Source: Callorhinchus milii
Lineage: Eukaryota
Direction of reading: 5' to 3'
NCBI RefSeq assembly: GCF_018977255.1
Contig: NW_024704743.1
Coordinates: 44,890,001 to 44,954,000, forward strand
Length of the DNA: 64,000 nucleotides
Below the pieces are notes generated by a model that saw nothing but the letters and a program-made list of their open reading frames with translations, was not told the DNA's origin and searched no databases. The position numbers were made by a program, and so were the translations under genes. This document shows positions 37,501 to 50,900 of this stretch, piece by piece. Numbering within the stretch: the stretch's first letter is position 1; each line of letters starts with the position of its first letter.

Positions 37501-38082
37501 ACACATTTCTTGATGTTTGTTGCCAGTAATTGTCTGCTTAATGTTTATCCTGTACAGTATTGTGTTTATGTAACATTAGACTTAAGGACACTCAACCACT
37601 GGGAAGCTTGTTATCAGCCTTCAATTATAGAATGGCATCTGGTCATCATCAGATATACTTCGTGTGTTGTGATTGATGGTGTTATTCTCAGCTCCCTCAA
37701 GAAAAGGAAATAACAAACTCCCAGGATTTCGGTGGCCGGCACATGCAGGAATCATCACAACAGCTGCGCTTTTCTTCTATGATGTATTTGCTTGGCAGAA
37801 AATGTTTGTACTTTTACTTTTCAACAAAAATGTGTCTGTAACAGGAATACATTGCACTTTGAAACAGTAAACAACAGTCAACAACATTAAACCATTCCAC
37901 CGCTGTGGATTCCGTAACAGGCCAGCTTGTATGGCCTCTGTGCTCCTGTAAAAAGGAATATGAAGCTTAAGTAATGATGAAAAGGGCTCCGATGTATTCA
38001 CATGAGAGCACAATTCATAGTAGGATCAAGGATTTTCCAGTTTTCTAAATAATAATATTATTCTACATTATTCTAGCTTGCG

Positions 38083-38514
38083 TCAGCCTGGCTTACTTGG
38101 TAGCAATCTCATTCCCAATTCAGAAAATTATGGATTCAAATCAGAACTTTGAACTCATAACCTCTAGGCTGACACTCCAATGCACTATTGGGGGGTTTGG
38201 GAGGGGTGGGTGAGGGGTGGTGCTACTGTTGGAGATGTTGTCCTTCGAATGAGACATTAAACTGAGGTCAGGTGGATGTTAAGGATCCCAGGGCACTATT
38301 TAAAAAGAGAGAGGAGTTTCCACTAATATCCTGGCCAACAAATCTGCCAAATAAAATTGATCATGACTGTTTGTAGGAAATTGCTGTCTGCAAATTCGAT
38401 GGCACATTCACCTACAAATTACACGATCACTACTCCATACACTATATCCCGCGAGGAACTTTGTGAGATATCCTCCTGAAGTGAAACGGTGCTATATGAA
38501 AGGACAACTATTAT
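38083..38514 (+). mobile_element. Old DeuSINE-like SINE, near full length
   Basis: TCAGCCTGGCTTACTTGGTAGCA head; TGTCCTTCGAATGAGACATTAAAC; TTGCTGTCTGCAAATT. Confidence 0.7.
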
Positions 38515-38889
38515 ATCAGCTTGCTGTAGATATATCCTCGTTGGCTGAATCCTTTCGAATAACACTAAATAAAAGTCACATTGCTCAAAGACACTGGGCT
38601 CTCATACTATTTCATTAATATTTCATTTTAAAGCAAATCTGCAAAATGCCCTTCACTCATACTTACCACTAAAATAGAAATTCTGAGCCTAGTATAATTT
38701 ACTGTCTGACTGTAAAGTACAAATTGGTCTCCCTGTTTCAAAACCCTGCATCCAAGGCCCTTTCCCTTAAGACCCAAGTTTATGGTGACATCCTGGTCGC
38801 ATTGGTATATTGATAGTTGGAAATGGTCTGTTCCATTCAATCAGTGAATTCATAATGGTAAAATATTTATTCGTCACTTTACATTTACA

Positions 38890-39600
38890 TGGATGCACTC
38901 TCCATCTCAAAGAACCAGTGTCTTTGGTGTCTTGTTTCACTCTCAAATATCCCTTAAACCTATATCTGTGCCCTGACCTGTTCAGCTTTCCCACCCCTCT
39001 ACACTATTGCCCACCTCCACCCCAACCTCGGCCCTTAGGCCACCAAGACATGTTTTCATCACGTCCAAGTTTAACTAGGCCAAGTTCCTGCTCGCTGGAC
39101 TTCCCAGCTTTTCCCTCCACAAGCTGCAGATCATCCAGAACTCTGTATCTCACATTCTCTCCCGCTAAGCCTATCACCCCCATCCTTGTCTGAATCCACT
39201 CGATCCCCATCCCCAAAGGATCGAGTTCAAGATCCTCATCCTCACTTTTAAGTCACTTCATGGTTTTGCCCCACCCAACCTCTCTGACCTTCTTACACCC
39301 TATTGACCTGCCTGCTTCCTCTGCTCAGGTGGCACTGGCCTGCATCACATGTCCTGTCTTGTATTTCCCATCATCGGTGATTGGGTCTTCAGCCTTTCTG
39401 CCCCATCCTGGAGTTCCTTCACCTCACCCCTTACTTCCTTCAATGTCTGTCTGAAGGCCTTAATCATCCCCCTAACTCCCGCTCCTCTTAGCCCCCACCA
39501 CTCTCGAATCCAACCCACAGCTCAGGTGCAAACCGTTGAACTTGGGAAATCCTCCTGACGTGAAGGATGCTGTATAAAGTCAATTAGGTGTTGTTGTAAG
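38890..39600 (+). mobile_element. Degenerate L2 fragment
   Basis: CTCCACAAGCTGCAGATCATCCAGAACTCTG; GAGTTCAAGATCCTCATCCTCAC; L2 tail. Confidence 0.82.
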
Positions 39601-40744
39601 TGTTGCTTTACCAAGTGTTGCTGAAGTACTGGTTTAGTCAGGTTGATGACGTGCAATCAATCATGCAATGAGTTTGTCACAGTTCCCAGTTGGATGCTGG
39701 GGTGCCAGTGCCATTGGGGTTAAACTGTCAGCAGTGGCTTAATCACATAGGGCAAACAGTCCTGTCAATTACACTTATACCTATCAGAGTCTGTGAATGT
39801 CTCCTGCTGCCTGGACCTGAAATCTCTTTGAGAGAGCACTGGAGGGCTCCAACAGCACTGCTGACTTGCAGCTGCAGAACGCTTGTGTTATGCTCAAAAC
39901 AATACACGGTGTAAGGATGAGGTATTAGGGGTCATTCTGTTCAATATAGTGAATTTGTTCGCTGTCCTCCTCTGTTTGCAAAGTTTAACAAATTTGTTGC
40001 TGTGTGCTGGTAAGTAGCTAAAATGTGATTTTATATGTCTAAGTTAATTATGATTTTATTTAGAATCTGAGATTGCATTACAGTCTTATTGATAAGCAAA
40101 AGGAGACAAAATAACAAAATTTAGCACTTAACATGGGGAATCACACCGGCAATGTTGATAACTGAACCACAAAAATCTCACCTTCTGAACTACTAGTGTG
40201 GAGTCATATGTACTTTGGTGACATTTACACACTGATTTATTCAGTTGAATATTCAGTGATGCCACATTTACCTGCACAGTCATGTAGTGCAAGAACAAGT
40301 CCTGATCTTTTACCCATGGAAACCGTGATCTCACTTACACTTCTGAGAAGCCACAGTCCTGGCATAGATTTAACTTTCATTGTGATTCGGCAACATCAAG
40401 GGCAAATGTCTGAACCATATATTTTGGATGGAGAGCAGTTCTCAGAGAAGACTTGCACGAGTTGCAGTTTCTCGTGACTGTTCTCTTTCTGCGGTTACAA
40501 CCCTATTTGATCGCTGCCAAATACCAGCTGAGCCCTCTTAAATGTGTCATTGCAAAAGTGACTTATTTTTCTTTCAGGTTTGACTTTGAATTTTTTTCCT
40601 GATCTGCATTAGCAAATTGTCAAAATCTGGGGATCTGATGGTACAAGCTGAAAAACTTACTAATTATTGATATAAACTAACCCCCAAATTAAAATTAAAC
40701 TGTTATTTAATAATCTCACAGGGCATTAGTCGATGGACCTGTAG

Positions 40745-41070
40745 CATATGGACCAGGAGCCTACTAGATAAAATCCATGTCCACGCTGAGGTTGCTGGTA
40801 TCAACCGAGGCTGCATGGAAGGCTAAATTTGCTCCATCCTTCCCAAGGTGAGAGAAAGGAAAATCAGCTGGGATGCCTGCTCCTGTTCCCTCTACAGTTT
40901 GTGCATGTGGTTGGGGAGAGGTTAGACTCAGCTGTGACAATCTCCACAGTCAAGTAGCCAGCCAGCACTCTCTACCAAGGCTCACACATGACGACTTGGG
41001 TGGGTGAACCAGAAGCAGGCAGCACCCAATGTAAATGTAACTGGACTCCAGGAAGAAGAGGCCAGAGAGG
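40745..41070 (+). mobile_element. Ancient SINE-like repeat, family uncertain
   Basis: GGAAAATCAGCTGGGATGCCTGCTCCTG...CTCAGCTGTGA...AGGCTCACACATGA resembles a repeat I recall from shark genomes; single copy here. Confidence 0.35.
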
Positions 41071-41599
41071 AGAATATTAGAGAAAAATAATTGGAATTTT
41101 TTTTAAAAAATCACAAATTATTATTGATATGTCAACTAAAGATGAAATAGATATTTACTGATAGTTCAGTGAACAATTTTGTTACTATCTTTTGGCTTTA
41201 ATAAAATACAAGGATTGTTATTATTATAATAATTTGCTCATGTTTCATGATCCATGTTTACACCAATTGTGACTTCTTTCCCAGGATTAACCAACACAAA
41301 GGATTAAGTCACTTCAATTTAACAAGAAACATTTGGGATGCAAAAATCTGATACTTGGTGTAATACATGTAAACATGATTTTTAGTGGGATAACGGCATT
41401 AGATATCAGAAAATGGATTCGATGTCACTGATGCATCCACATCTATAGGATCTTGACTAAAGTCCCAATCACACTGCTTGTTCTAATATGGTGCAAAAGA
41501 TTAGGGCAGATCAACACGTAATGAGTAGTATAATCCTGCTGGTTTTGCTGAAATACAATACTCACTCTATGCTTTATTGCAGACAGTGGATGCTTTTTT

Positions 41600-42003
41600 T
41601 TAAATCCTTGCTTTTTGATACAGCACTTTTCAGGCCAGGAAGGCATCTCAAAGTGCTTAACAGGAAGTCCTGTAAAGTGTAGTGACTGTTTATTTTGTAG
41701 GCAAAACCCGAAAGCCAATTTTGCACATTAATGTGCCAGTCAAGAAGTCAGTAATCAATTTTACTTGGGGGATTGTTGGCCAGGACATCAGGAGAAAGTT
41801 CCTTCACTTTTCAAGCAGTGTCATAGACAGGACCATGATTTAAAGTATCACCTGAAGGACAACATCTCCAACAAAACGGCACAACCCCAAAATTGCATTG
41901 GAGTATCAATTTAGTCATGTGATTTCATTGTTCCAACGTGGGACTTGAACCCAGTCTTTTAACTCAGAGATGAGAGTGCTATCATCTGAGCTAAGCTGAC
42001 ACT
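41600..42003 (-). mobile_element. Old DeuSINE-like SINE
   Basis: GTGGGACTTGAACCC...CTCAGAGATGAGAGTGCT...TGAGCTAAGCTGAC head complement. Confidence 0.7.
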
Positions 42004-42084
42004 AACAAAAAGGATCTCAGACAGGTTACTGTTGAATCAGAATACAGAAAAGAATACTGTTTAAAAAATACTGAGGTTGGGGGC

Positions 42085-42322
42085 CACTCTGCCCCCAACC
42101 ACTGAGTTTCCATCCCCAGTCACTCCGCCTCGCCCCCTCCTTAGCCTCCTTCAAGTCCCGTCTCAAGACCTTCCTCTTCGACTATGCCATCGGCCACCCC
42201 CCTTCCCTTCTCCCCACCCGACCCCAGCTCGGGTCTGAAATGCTGTACACTGCCCAGTGCCTTGGGATGACCTCCCAACGTGAAAGGTGCTATACAAATG
42301 TAGTCTTGTTGTTGTTGTTGTT
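42085..42322 (+). mobile_element. L2 3' end (3'UTR type 2)
   Basis: CTCAAGACCTTCCTCTTCGAC...CCCAGCTCGGGTC...(TTG)n. Confidence 0.85.
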
Positions 42323-42654
42323 GAATAATCCTAGCATTGCCATTTTTAGGATAGCTATACTCAACAATTGGGTAGGAAGGATGGGTATAATTTAGTTACA
42401 GTACAAGGAAAAACACAGTGTAACATTGCAAAAATAAGTGTTCAACACAATGCCAGTAGTGGTCATGTGGTGCCATCTCACTTTAGGTTGTTTTCATCAA
42501 ATTGAAATAGACGTATACATTATTTGGTAAAATGCTGGGCAAATCCAAAGATTTCTGCTGGTTTTTATGGCCCAGGGATTCCCATAGGCAATATTTTTAC
42601 TGCTTGAATCTCCATTATTTTTACCAACCAGATAAAACTCTTCTCTCAAAGTGT

Positions 42655-43000
42655 CCCTACCTACCTGCCCGTACCCTCCGTTCCTCTGGCTCCGGTCTGC
42701 TCCACATCCCTCGCCCCAACCGCCCTACCATTGGTGGCCGGGCCTTCAGCCTCGAGGCTCTGGAACTCTATCCCCCAGTGCCTTCGCCGTCTCCTCCCTT
42801 TCCTCCTTCAAGGCCAGTCTCAAGACCTTCCTCTCTGACCGTGCCTTCTCTCGACTCTCTACCCCCTCCTCGCTCCCTCCCTTCCCTCCCCTCACCCTGA
42901 CCATTTCCCCCACTGCTCGGGTCCTGACCCAACTGTACTGCGCCTTGGGACGCCCTCCCGACGTGAAAGGCGCTCTATAAATGGAATCTTGTTGTTGTTT
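42655..43000 (+). mobile_element. Young L2 3' end (3'UTR type 1)
   Basis: PYLPARTLRSSGSGLLHIPRPNRPTIGGRAFS; same tail as the 2965 and 33663 copies. Confidence 0.9.
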
Positions 43001-44592
43001 TTGTTTTTGTTTTCCACATAACCTCCACATATTGAGCACTGAGAAGCAACAATGAGTACAGAGGAAGTGGAAGAATTACGAACTGCACCCAATTCTTAAC
43101 ATTTTAATAAATTGCTTTACAGGGGCAAGCGGAGGTGCATTTTTTTGTCATTGAACCCTATTAAGTAGAGTTGGTGAACTGTACTGAACTACAGAAAATT
43201 TGGTACAGTAATTCATTTTGTGTTTTTTGTGTTTAATGCAGTCTTCCTGAAGAGTTTTACGTACGGACATTATATAATGTTCAGAAATAGAATTCTGTGG
43301 GATGTAAGGTAGAAAGCAAGGTTGTGTGGTTTGTCTCTTACCACTTTGTCATGGCAACCATAAATGGGCTGCAAACATATGAATACACACTGACGTGTGA
43401 GTCACTGTTTCAATATATAACTTCTCAATGAGAAACTGCTCCAATAATAGCTATGCTGTTTAATCTTTGCTGACTGCAGTACAACAGAGCAAATTAATTC
43501 TATTGCACTTACGGTGTCTGAAATCTTAATTTGTAGGAGATATGCTTCAACATATGTCACTTTAAGACTGAGCAATGAATATTTTCAGAATCTCTTTTAA
43601 TGAAATTTAATTACTTTAAAGATAACTTTTAGTTACCAGGGTAATTTGTTTCAGGCTTCTCCATATGTTCATTTAGAGTTTGTTACAAACTAATGATTTT
43701 TATGAATGCATTGACAGCCATCACCAATAATGAGCCTCCTGACGAGGTTGGAGTGCGTGACTTAAAAAGTTCTACCCTGTGGCAGAGCATGTTAAAAAGA
43801 ACGAGGTGTCATACCAGAGTCTGTTATATGTCTGGGCTCTTTACACTGTATGTCATTCCCACTTTAGTGGAAAACAGAAGCATTGGGTTCCCAGTGTTGA
43901 ATTATCAAAACTGATCACGAGCAACTTAGAATAGATAATACAGTACCAAATTGATTGGATAACAGTAACAATATTCATCAAGGCCTTTTTTTGTCTTGAA
44001 TTCACAATAAGACCATTTGCACAAAATACTTCAGTGGAACAGAACATTAGAAAGTTTAGAGACCCACAATTTCTCACATTCCTAGAGTTAAGACCATTGC
44101 TCTTTAATTTTAGATTGGGCAGAGGTTTGGAAACAAATTTCATTCATGACTGTTTGCTTTGTTGGTGGTGCCAGGCTATAGAGATGTTCAACTGATGTTC
44201 AACTGTTGTCTAGTATCATGGTTATAGTATGTGGAAGCAAAGATGCAACATTGAGATCTTAGTGGCCTTACTTTGTCAGATCCTTTAGAAATGATAAGAC
44301 CCACAACTCCCTAATTTCCTCTAGCTTTTCTGGTTTGACAAGAGAATAGTCTGCTCTTTGAAATTAATAATAATAATCTTTGCATTTGATATAGCATCTT
44401 ATCATGTCTTCAAGATGTCTCAAAGACTATTAAATTAATTTACTGTATATTTTGTAATAAACTAGTAAAAAGGTATAATAAATAATTATAAAAGTTATTA
44501 TAAATTTATTATTTCAGAAATTAACCATTCGCTTTGCCCCCCTCCCCCCCCCCCACCCCACAACCTCACCTCCTCTGCGCTCAAGCCACTCT

Positions 44593-44813
44593 TGAGTAGA
44601 AATTTCACCTGAATCTAACTTTATTGTATTTATTCAGTCCTAAACAGCGTCCAGGATTTAACAGATTATTGACATTGACGCTGATATTTCTGCTGTTCTT
44701 GAAAGATCTTACAGAAAATCAGCTTCAAAATGAAGGCTGTGATAAAGAACTTGCTAAATCCTGAACTCTCTGAAATGCTACACAAATCTAGATCCAGGTG
44801 GAATTTCTCCCTA
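44593..44813. mobile_element. Palindromic MITE-like element
   Basis: AGAAATTTCACCTGAATCTA ... TAGATCCAGGTGGAATTTCTCCCTA. Confidence 0.72.
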
Positions 44814-46829
44814 TCAGTTGGGTTTTTAGTTCCTCGCTTTTTAGAGTATGTTCAGTCTGAGCAGAATCATCCTTGGTTTTGGGGGATACATTTGTTATGG
44901 AGTGCGAAAATAACTAATTTTCAAAAACGTTGAATTTACCAGCAGTGATCACAAGCTGTCAAAAACACATAATTTACCTACTTCAGTTTTGTCAATTCAG
45001 AAAAATCCCTGCAGCAGTGAAATAATAACCCGAGTACTAATAGAATTTAGCCTTGTGTTCTTATAGTTTGTGTTCCAATAGTTTGGAAAATTTATATGTT
45101 TACTTCTTACATGTAAGCGTGCATCTAGTAAAGAAAAAAGATATGTATTTATTCTGTACAAAGGTTGGAGACTTAAACAGAGACGGTTACTTTTCCATAT
45201 GTTTCAATTCAGATTGTGGGTTTTAATATGTTATATTTCAGTTGAAAACCTAAATCAGCTTTCTTCTCAGTAACTTCTGTGTTGAAATGGTACATTTGCC
45301 ATATAACAACCCTTCAGCCCTTTAATTCCCATAAGCTGTACCAAGGCTTCATTAATAGAGAACAGAAAATACTCTGTAATGCATCCGTCATTATAACATA
45401 CTTTTTGTACAGCTTTCAAAGAATGCATTATGGAGGAGCTCGACTGTATTTTGATTTTAGGCGCCAACCCTTTTGTGCCATATGCTATGGCTTTCAATGC
45501 TTCAGACTAGAAATGCCCAGGGCAACAATGAAGCCATTTAACATTGTGCAAACAATCATGCAGTCTGAGAAGAAATGAACCCATTGTGGAGGAGTTTGGA
45601 TAGTTTCTCAATCTATGCTGTTAAAAGACTATCCTTGTAGTATACAGAGATACCTAATACAAGTTTATAATATATATGTGTAATTTCTTTCATCGCAGAC
45701 ACAATTTTACTGTGATAGTAACTGCCACATAATGCTATATGCTTTCAGGTCCTATATTGCTCTTATGTTTGTCACTCTTTCACCCATGCTATTTTCATCT
45801 TCCCTCCAGCCACTTAAGAGCTGCAGTGAGCAGTTTACACTCCATTTCTGACTGCTACATTACAATACAAATTAACATTTATAAAAGGGCTTTCACTTTA
45901 GGATGTTCCAAAGCGCTTAACGCTGCTGGATTCACACTTGAGCTGGGGGTGGGAGTCGAGTGGGGTGGGAAGGGGAAAGATGGCCAAAAGTGAAGTTAAA
46001 GAGGTACCTCTTGAGACAAGGTCTGTTTGGTTAGACATAACCAGTCAGAGATGTTAAATCATACACAATAGAAAGGAAATACTCGGCAGACACAAGGTAG
46101 TGACTATTGATCAGTGTTTACTGTGAAGCACTTTGAAATGTTTCAATGTATAACATTTTTTCTCAGTGTTCTGCTGATGTTATAAACTGAACAAACTTTC
46201 TTTAGTTGTTTATAAGATGATCAGAGCTATTCAGGTCAGTTGCTGGTTTGTGACTCATTATATGATAGATCTCTGCAGGTATCTCCAGGCGTACAAGCCT
46301 ATATCATTTTTGAAGATTTGTGCAGAACCATCATTTCCACAGCAGGCAGACTTTGTAAAGTGTGGGTTTAACATGGCAGAGGCACATAACAGAATCCAAC
46401 AGCAATTTCTTGAATTACATCCAGTTTTACTGTTTACGTAATAACTTTGGACATTGCAGTTGAAAATGTGATACTTGCAAACCAGATACCACTGCACTAA
46501 AAATGAATGAAATGTTGGGAATTAAATTGTGGGATTTGGTCTGAAATTCAATGTAAAATCATGTACCCGAAAAACAATATTTTACATTCAGAACTTTTCC
46601 TGGACTTTTCACGACTTTTCTTTGACAAGAAAAATCCAAAAGCTACATGTTGAGTGTAATTGTAAACTGGAGGCTTCTATTAATAAATACTACTATCTTA
46701 AAAATATCATACCTACAAACCATTACCTATTGATCATGTTCTTACATCCCTTTTAACAACATTTGTTAATGTCTGCCACTCATCGTTACTATGATTATTC
46801 ACTGAGATTGTTTGGTTAGACATAAACAG

Positions 46830-47700
46830 GTTTGTAGCATGGAAAGATAGGTGGCAGCTTAGAAATGTGAAGTGATTCACTCTGGTCAAAAGAATAAAAA
46901 GCCGATTATACCCAGGAGTATAGAAGTGGACTAGATCCTACCACGCCCTAGTACTTTGGAATGTCCTCCCAACATGAAAGGTGCCATATAAATGTAAATT
47001 TGTTGCTGTTGTTGTACAGTAAGCACCTAAGAAGGATAGAAGAGGCAAAGGGATCTAGGGATTCTGATTCACATTAATCTAAAATTAGCAGAAGAAGTGG
47101 ACAAACCCAGATAGAGTAATTGATTTGATGTCCAGAGGAATGGAATAAAAAAGGAGGGAAGTAACACTAAATTTATATAAATTATTTGGAGTTCTGTGTA
47201 CAGTCTTGGTTGCCATACAACAGGACAGATATTGTAGCATTAGAGAAACTACAGTGTAAATCTACAAGAATGTTCCCACGGATGAGTGGAAACAGCTATC
47301 AAGAAAGATCGGACATATTAGAACTATTCTCTATGGGGATGAGAACAATTGAAAGTGGATCTGATAGAGGTGTTTAAAATTATGAAAGGATTTCATGAGT
47401 CGGTTGTGAATAGACTTTTTCATTCTGGGAATCCAAAACAAGAGAGTATAAATATAAGGTAGCCTGTTGCAGATCTAAAAGGAGTTTATTTGTGCAAAGT
47501 GTGGTGAGAATGTGGAACATGCTGCCGGAAGTTTTGTTTGAACCAGGGAACATCAACATATTCAAGGAAAAAACATTAATGAATACGAGAAGGAGATGTA
47601 GGGGTAAGGGGATTAGGAGGAGAGGAGATTTATGTGGAGCATAAACACTGGCACAAACTTGTGGGACTGAATGGCCTATTTCTTTGCTATCATTATTTGA
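46830..47700 (+). mobile_element. CR1 LINE 3' fragment (with an L2 tail inserted at ~46940-47015)
   Basis: EFCVQSWLPYNRTDIVALEKLQCKSTRMFPRMSGNSYQERSDILELFSM resembles CR1 EYCVQFWSP...ALExVQRRxTRMIPG...YEERL; GTGGAGCATAAACAC...GAATGGCCT 3'UTR. Confidence 0.85.
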
Positions 47701-47867
47701 TGTAATTTTACGTTATTTCTTTTTTCATCTCCACCACATTGCCTGCCGATAATATCCTGTGCGTCTCTGAGATGTCCTCCTGACATGAAAGGTGCTATTG
47801 TTATCATTATTCACACCTTTGTTGCCTCCTGCTCAGATTTTTCAAATGCACTCCAAAGTCATTCTTT

Positions 47868-47980
47868 TCGTCCAAAAAATATAGTCAATTCACTTTACAG
47901 TATATTCTGCGAAGCTCTTTGAGATGTCTCGAAGATGTGATAAGACTATATCAAATGCAAGGATTATTATTATTATTATT
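47868..47980 (+). mobile_element. SINE 3' tail fragment within decayed L2 sequence
   Basis: AGTCAATTCACTTTACAGTATATTCTG...CAAATGCAAGGATTATTATT. Confidence 0.8.
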
Positions 47981-50900
47981 CCTAATTTTACCATCCCCGA
48001 GCTCCAGCTATTCTAAAACCAAACTGTCTGCATCCTCACTAACACGAAACTCTGAACTCTCATCGCCAATCACATAATGGGCCAATTGGCCTTCTACTGT
48101 GCTATATATTTCTATGGGAGTCCTTGCCAGGCTCTACTGTTTCCCTGTGTCCCAACAGACTAATTTTTGGTCCTCACTTTTACTATACATTCCCCCCTCT
48201 CCTATACTAGGCATCCAACCCCATCATTGTGAAGCACTCCAGGACATTATCCTACATGAAGGTACTATCTAAAAATCAGTTGGTGTTACAGATTATAAGA
48301 AAAATGCTGAACTTCTTGATCTGAATAAACAATATCTACACTAGGAAACATGGGTGAGTTATGTTTTGGAAAGAATGGCTCAGTACTTTATTGCTATTAT
48401 AAAAGAAAAGCACACATGTTCATATTAATTTTTTAATACAAACATGGTCTGTTAAAAAAATTACATGGGTAGTTCTCTTGTCCCATGTCGTGGTGTGGTC
48501 CAGAGAACTAAAGGAATTACCATTGAAGAAGAAAAGCTGGCAGCAGTAATGGAAGATGTCAGCTCCGATAGCAAATATCCAGTGGAAAATCTTAGTGTCC
48601 ATAACATCATCTGAATTACCCTAGCCCCATCCATATGTTCCAATCTGTGCTCACTGCCAGACATCAACTATAACAACGCAGATGTCAAAATTGTAATTAA
48701 TATAAGATTGTTAACCTGATGTTAACTAAGGACCATATTTTTGCAATCCAGAATTAGTTTTAGGGGTCATTAACCATACGTGCCTTTAAGTTTGACCCAT
48801 CTGGCTTCTGACTTCAAACCTATCTGACGTAGCAAAAATACTCAAATGTGATTAGACACCTATATGTTTCAGACAATTCTTGAAAGCCACATCTGGTAAA
48901 AGCTGAAACATAAGGAACCAAAACCAATCTGATACTTTTAATGCTTGGTGTTATGCCAAATAACTCAGGCTTTTATAAATTCTCATTCATTTTCATTTAT
49001 CATTTTTCAGAGAAAATGAAAGGTTTAAGGAAAAGTGAAGTTTCAAATCACTGAAAAACATGTGTAGGGAATTATGATTATTATTATTAAAATGGTAATG
49101 TCCTGCTCAACAATATCTCCTAAGTAAAATTGACATTCACTTCATGGTTGTTTGTGGGACATTACTCTCTGCAAACTGTCTGCCTCATTTATCTACAAAT
49201 ATACAGATACTACACTTCACAGTCATTTTTGTGAAGCACTTTAAGACACCTTAACAATATAATATGGCACTATATCAAATACAAGGATCATTATTATGTT
49301 ATACATCGGTAGATATACAGGAGCATTCATCAATGAACGGAATATTCCACACAAACCTCCAAAGGTCATACCTTGCCCTTTTCAAACCATAATTAGGCAA
49401 ATAGTAATATAATTTTAATTTAATAACCATGCCTATAATTTAATCTCTTTACTAAGTTAGAACTTTTTGATAAAATATATTTGACATTCAGTTCTTTCGG
49501 GTGAATATTTTCATGTCAGAAGTACTGGAGCACTCCGAGAGGAGGTAAATAGGGGGAATCAATTTAAAGAAAAGGGATATTCGGGGTGAGATGGGGGAAG
49601 GCAAAGTTACAAAGGGACAGTTGTTTTTCCATGATTCTCCACACACTGAGCTCCTGTTCTCAGCTGTACTGTCAGAGGAATGGTGCTAAGCACATGCTCT
49701 GGAAATAGGATGACCAATCACTCCAGGCTGCAGCTGTTTCTGTGTGCACCTCAACCTTTCCTTTGTCCCACTGTTTTATCGATATTTGATATTTGCTTCT
49801 CCGATCTTTACTATCTTGTTCCTCCCAAACTTCAATATCTCACTCCACACTCTATTCCTGCTACCTAACTCCTTACTGTGTTGAAATTTAACTTCTTTCC
49901 CACACCTTCCTACACTTTACTTATCCTTGTGCAGCACCTCAAAATGTGGAATTCTTACATCTCTGTCTCTCTTCCTTTCCTCTTAAAATCTACTGCCTGT
50001 TACAACCCAAGCTTGGCATCAATTAATCCATTCTTGACTTGTTTTCCTGACATTTTTTTAAGTCTTCAAGGGAAGCACTGGATCATGGACCTTTCTTGGC
50101 CCTTAGAATCACATAAATCTTGTGAAGCACTTTTGACAATGTGACATGGTACTGTATCAAATGCTAGAATCTTTATTATACTAACATTGGTAGATATCCA
50201 GGAGCACTCATCAATGAGTGGTGCAAATCTCCAAGGGTCATATCTTACCATTTTTGATCATATTAGGCAAACAGTAATTTAATTTAAATTTAATAACTCT
50301 TCCACCAATAGTGACATATTGAGATGTAGAACTTCTTGTAATAAATTAGGAAATTTTCAGTTGTATCATCTTGGCTTAGTTGGTGGCACTTAAGCACTCA
50401 TGCTTTTGACTCGAAAAGTTCTAGGACTGAGCTACATGTCAGGAAGTGAACTCGTAATGCAGGCTGACACTGACAATTGCAGTGAGTGATTTCTACTGTT
50501 TTGAAAGTACTGTCCTTCAGACACTGGACTCAAGTCCTGCCTGGGTGTTCTTTCTGGTGGCTCACGCAGATACTAAATATTCCATAGCAAGATTTTGAAG
50601 AGTTTGACATTTTCTCAGTGTCCTTTTCAATATTCTTTTCTTGCCAAATTCACAAAAGCTAGAGTTGAATGGATTCAAATTCTAGTAACTGTACCTGAGT
50701 AAAGGGATCTGCACACTTGTCCAATAGAAATTTAAGTGCCAAAATGTTAACACATAAAAATTCCATTTCACAGTGTTTGTGTCTGCAGTGGCTGCAGTGC
50801 TGGTGGTGTGCTGCATTATGGAGGTGCCATCTTTCGGATGAGATGATAAAAGCTCATTATTTGCAATAACAGCGTTTTGGGTCTGTGTGTGTAACTTCTC

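Noticed and set aside
44185..44201. DR5-spaced TGTTCA-ACTGA-TGTTCA as a RARE
   Set aside because: Both half-sites lack the 5' purine, and it is explained by an 11-bp tandem duplication.
46024..46825. 17-bp direct repeat TGTTTGGTTAGACATAA (46024-46040, 46809-46825)
   Set aside because: Real but short, adjacent to decayed LINE edges, and not interpretable.
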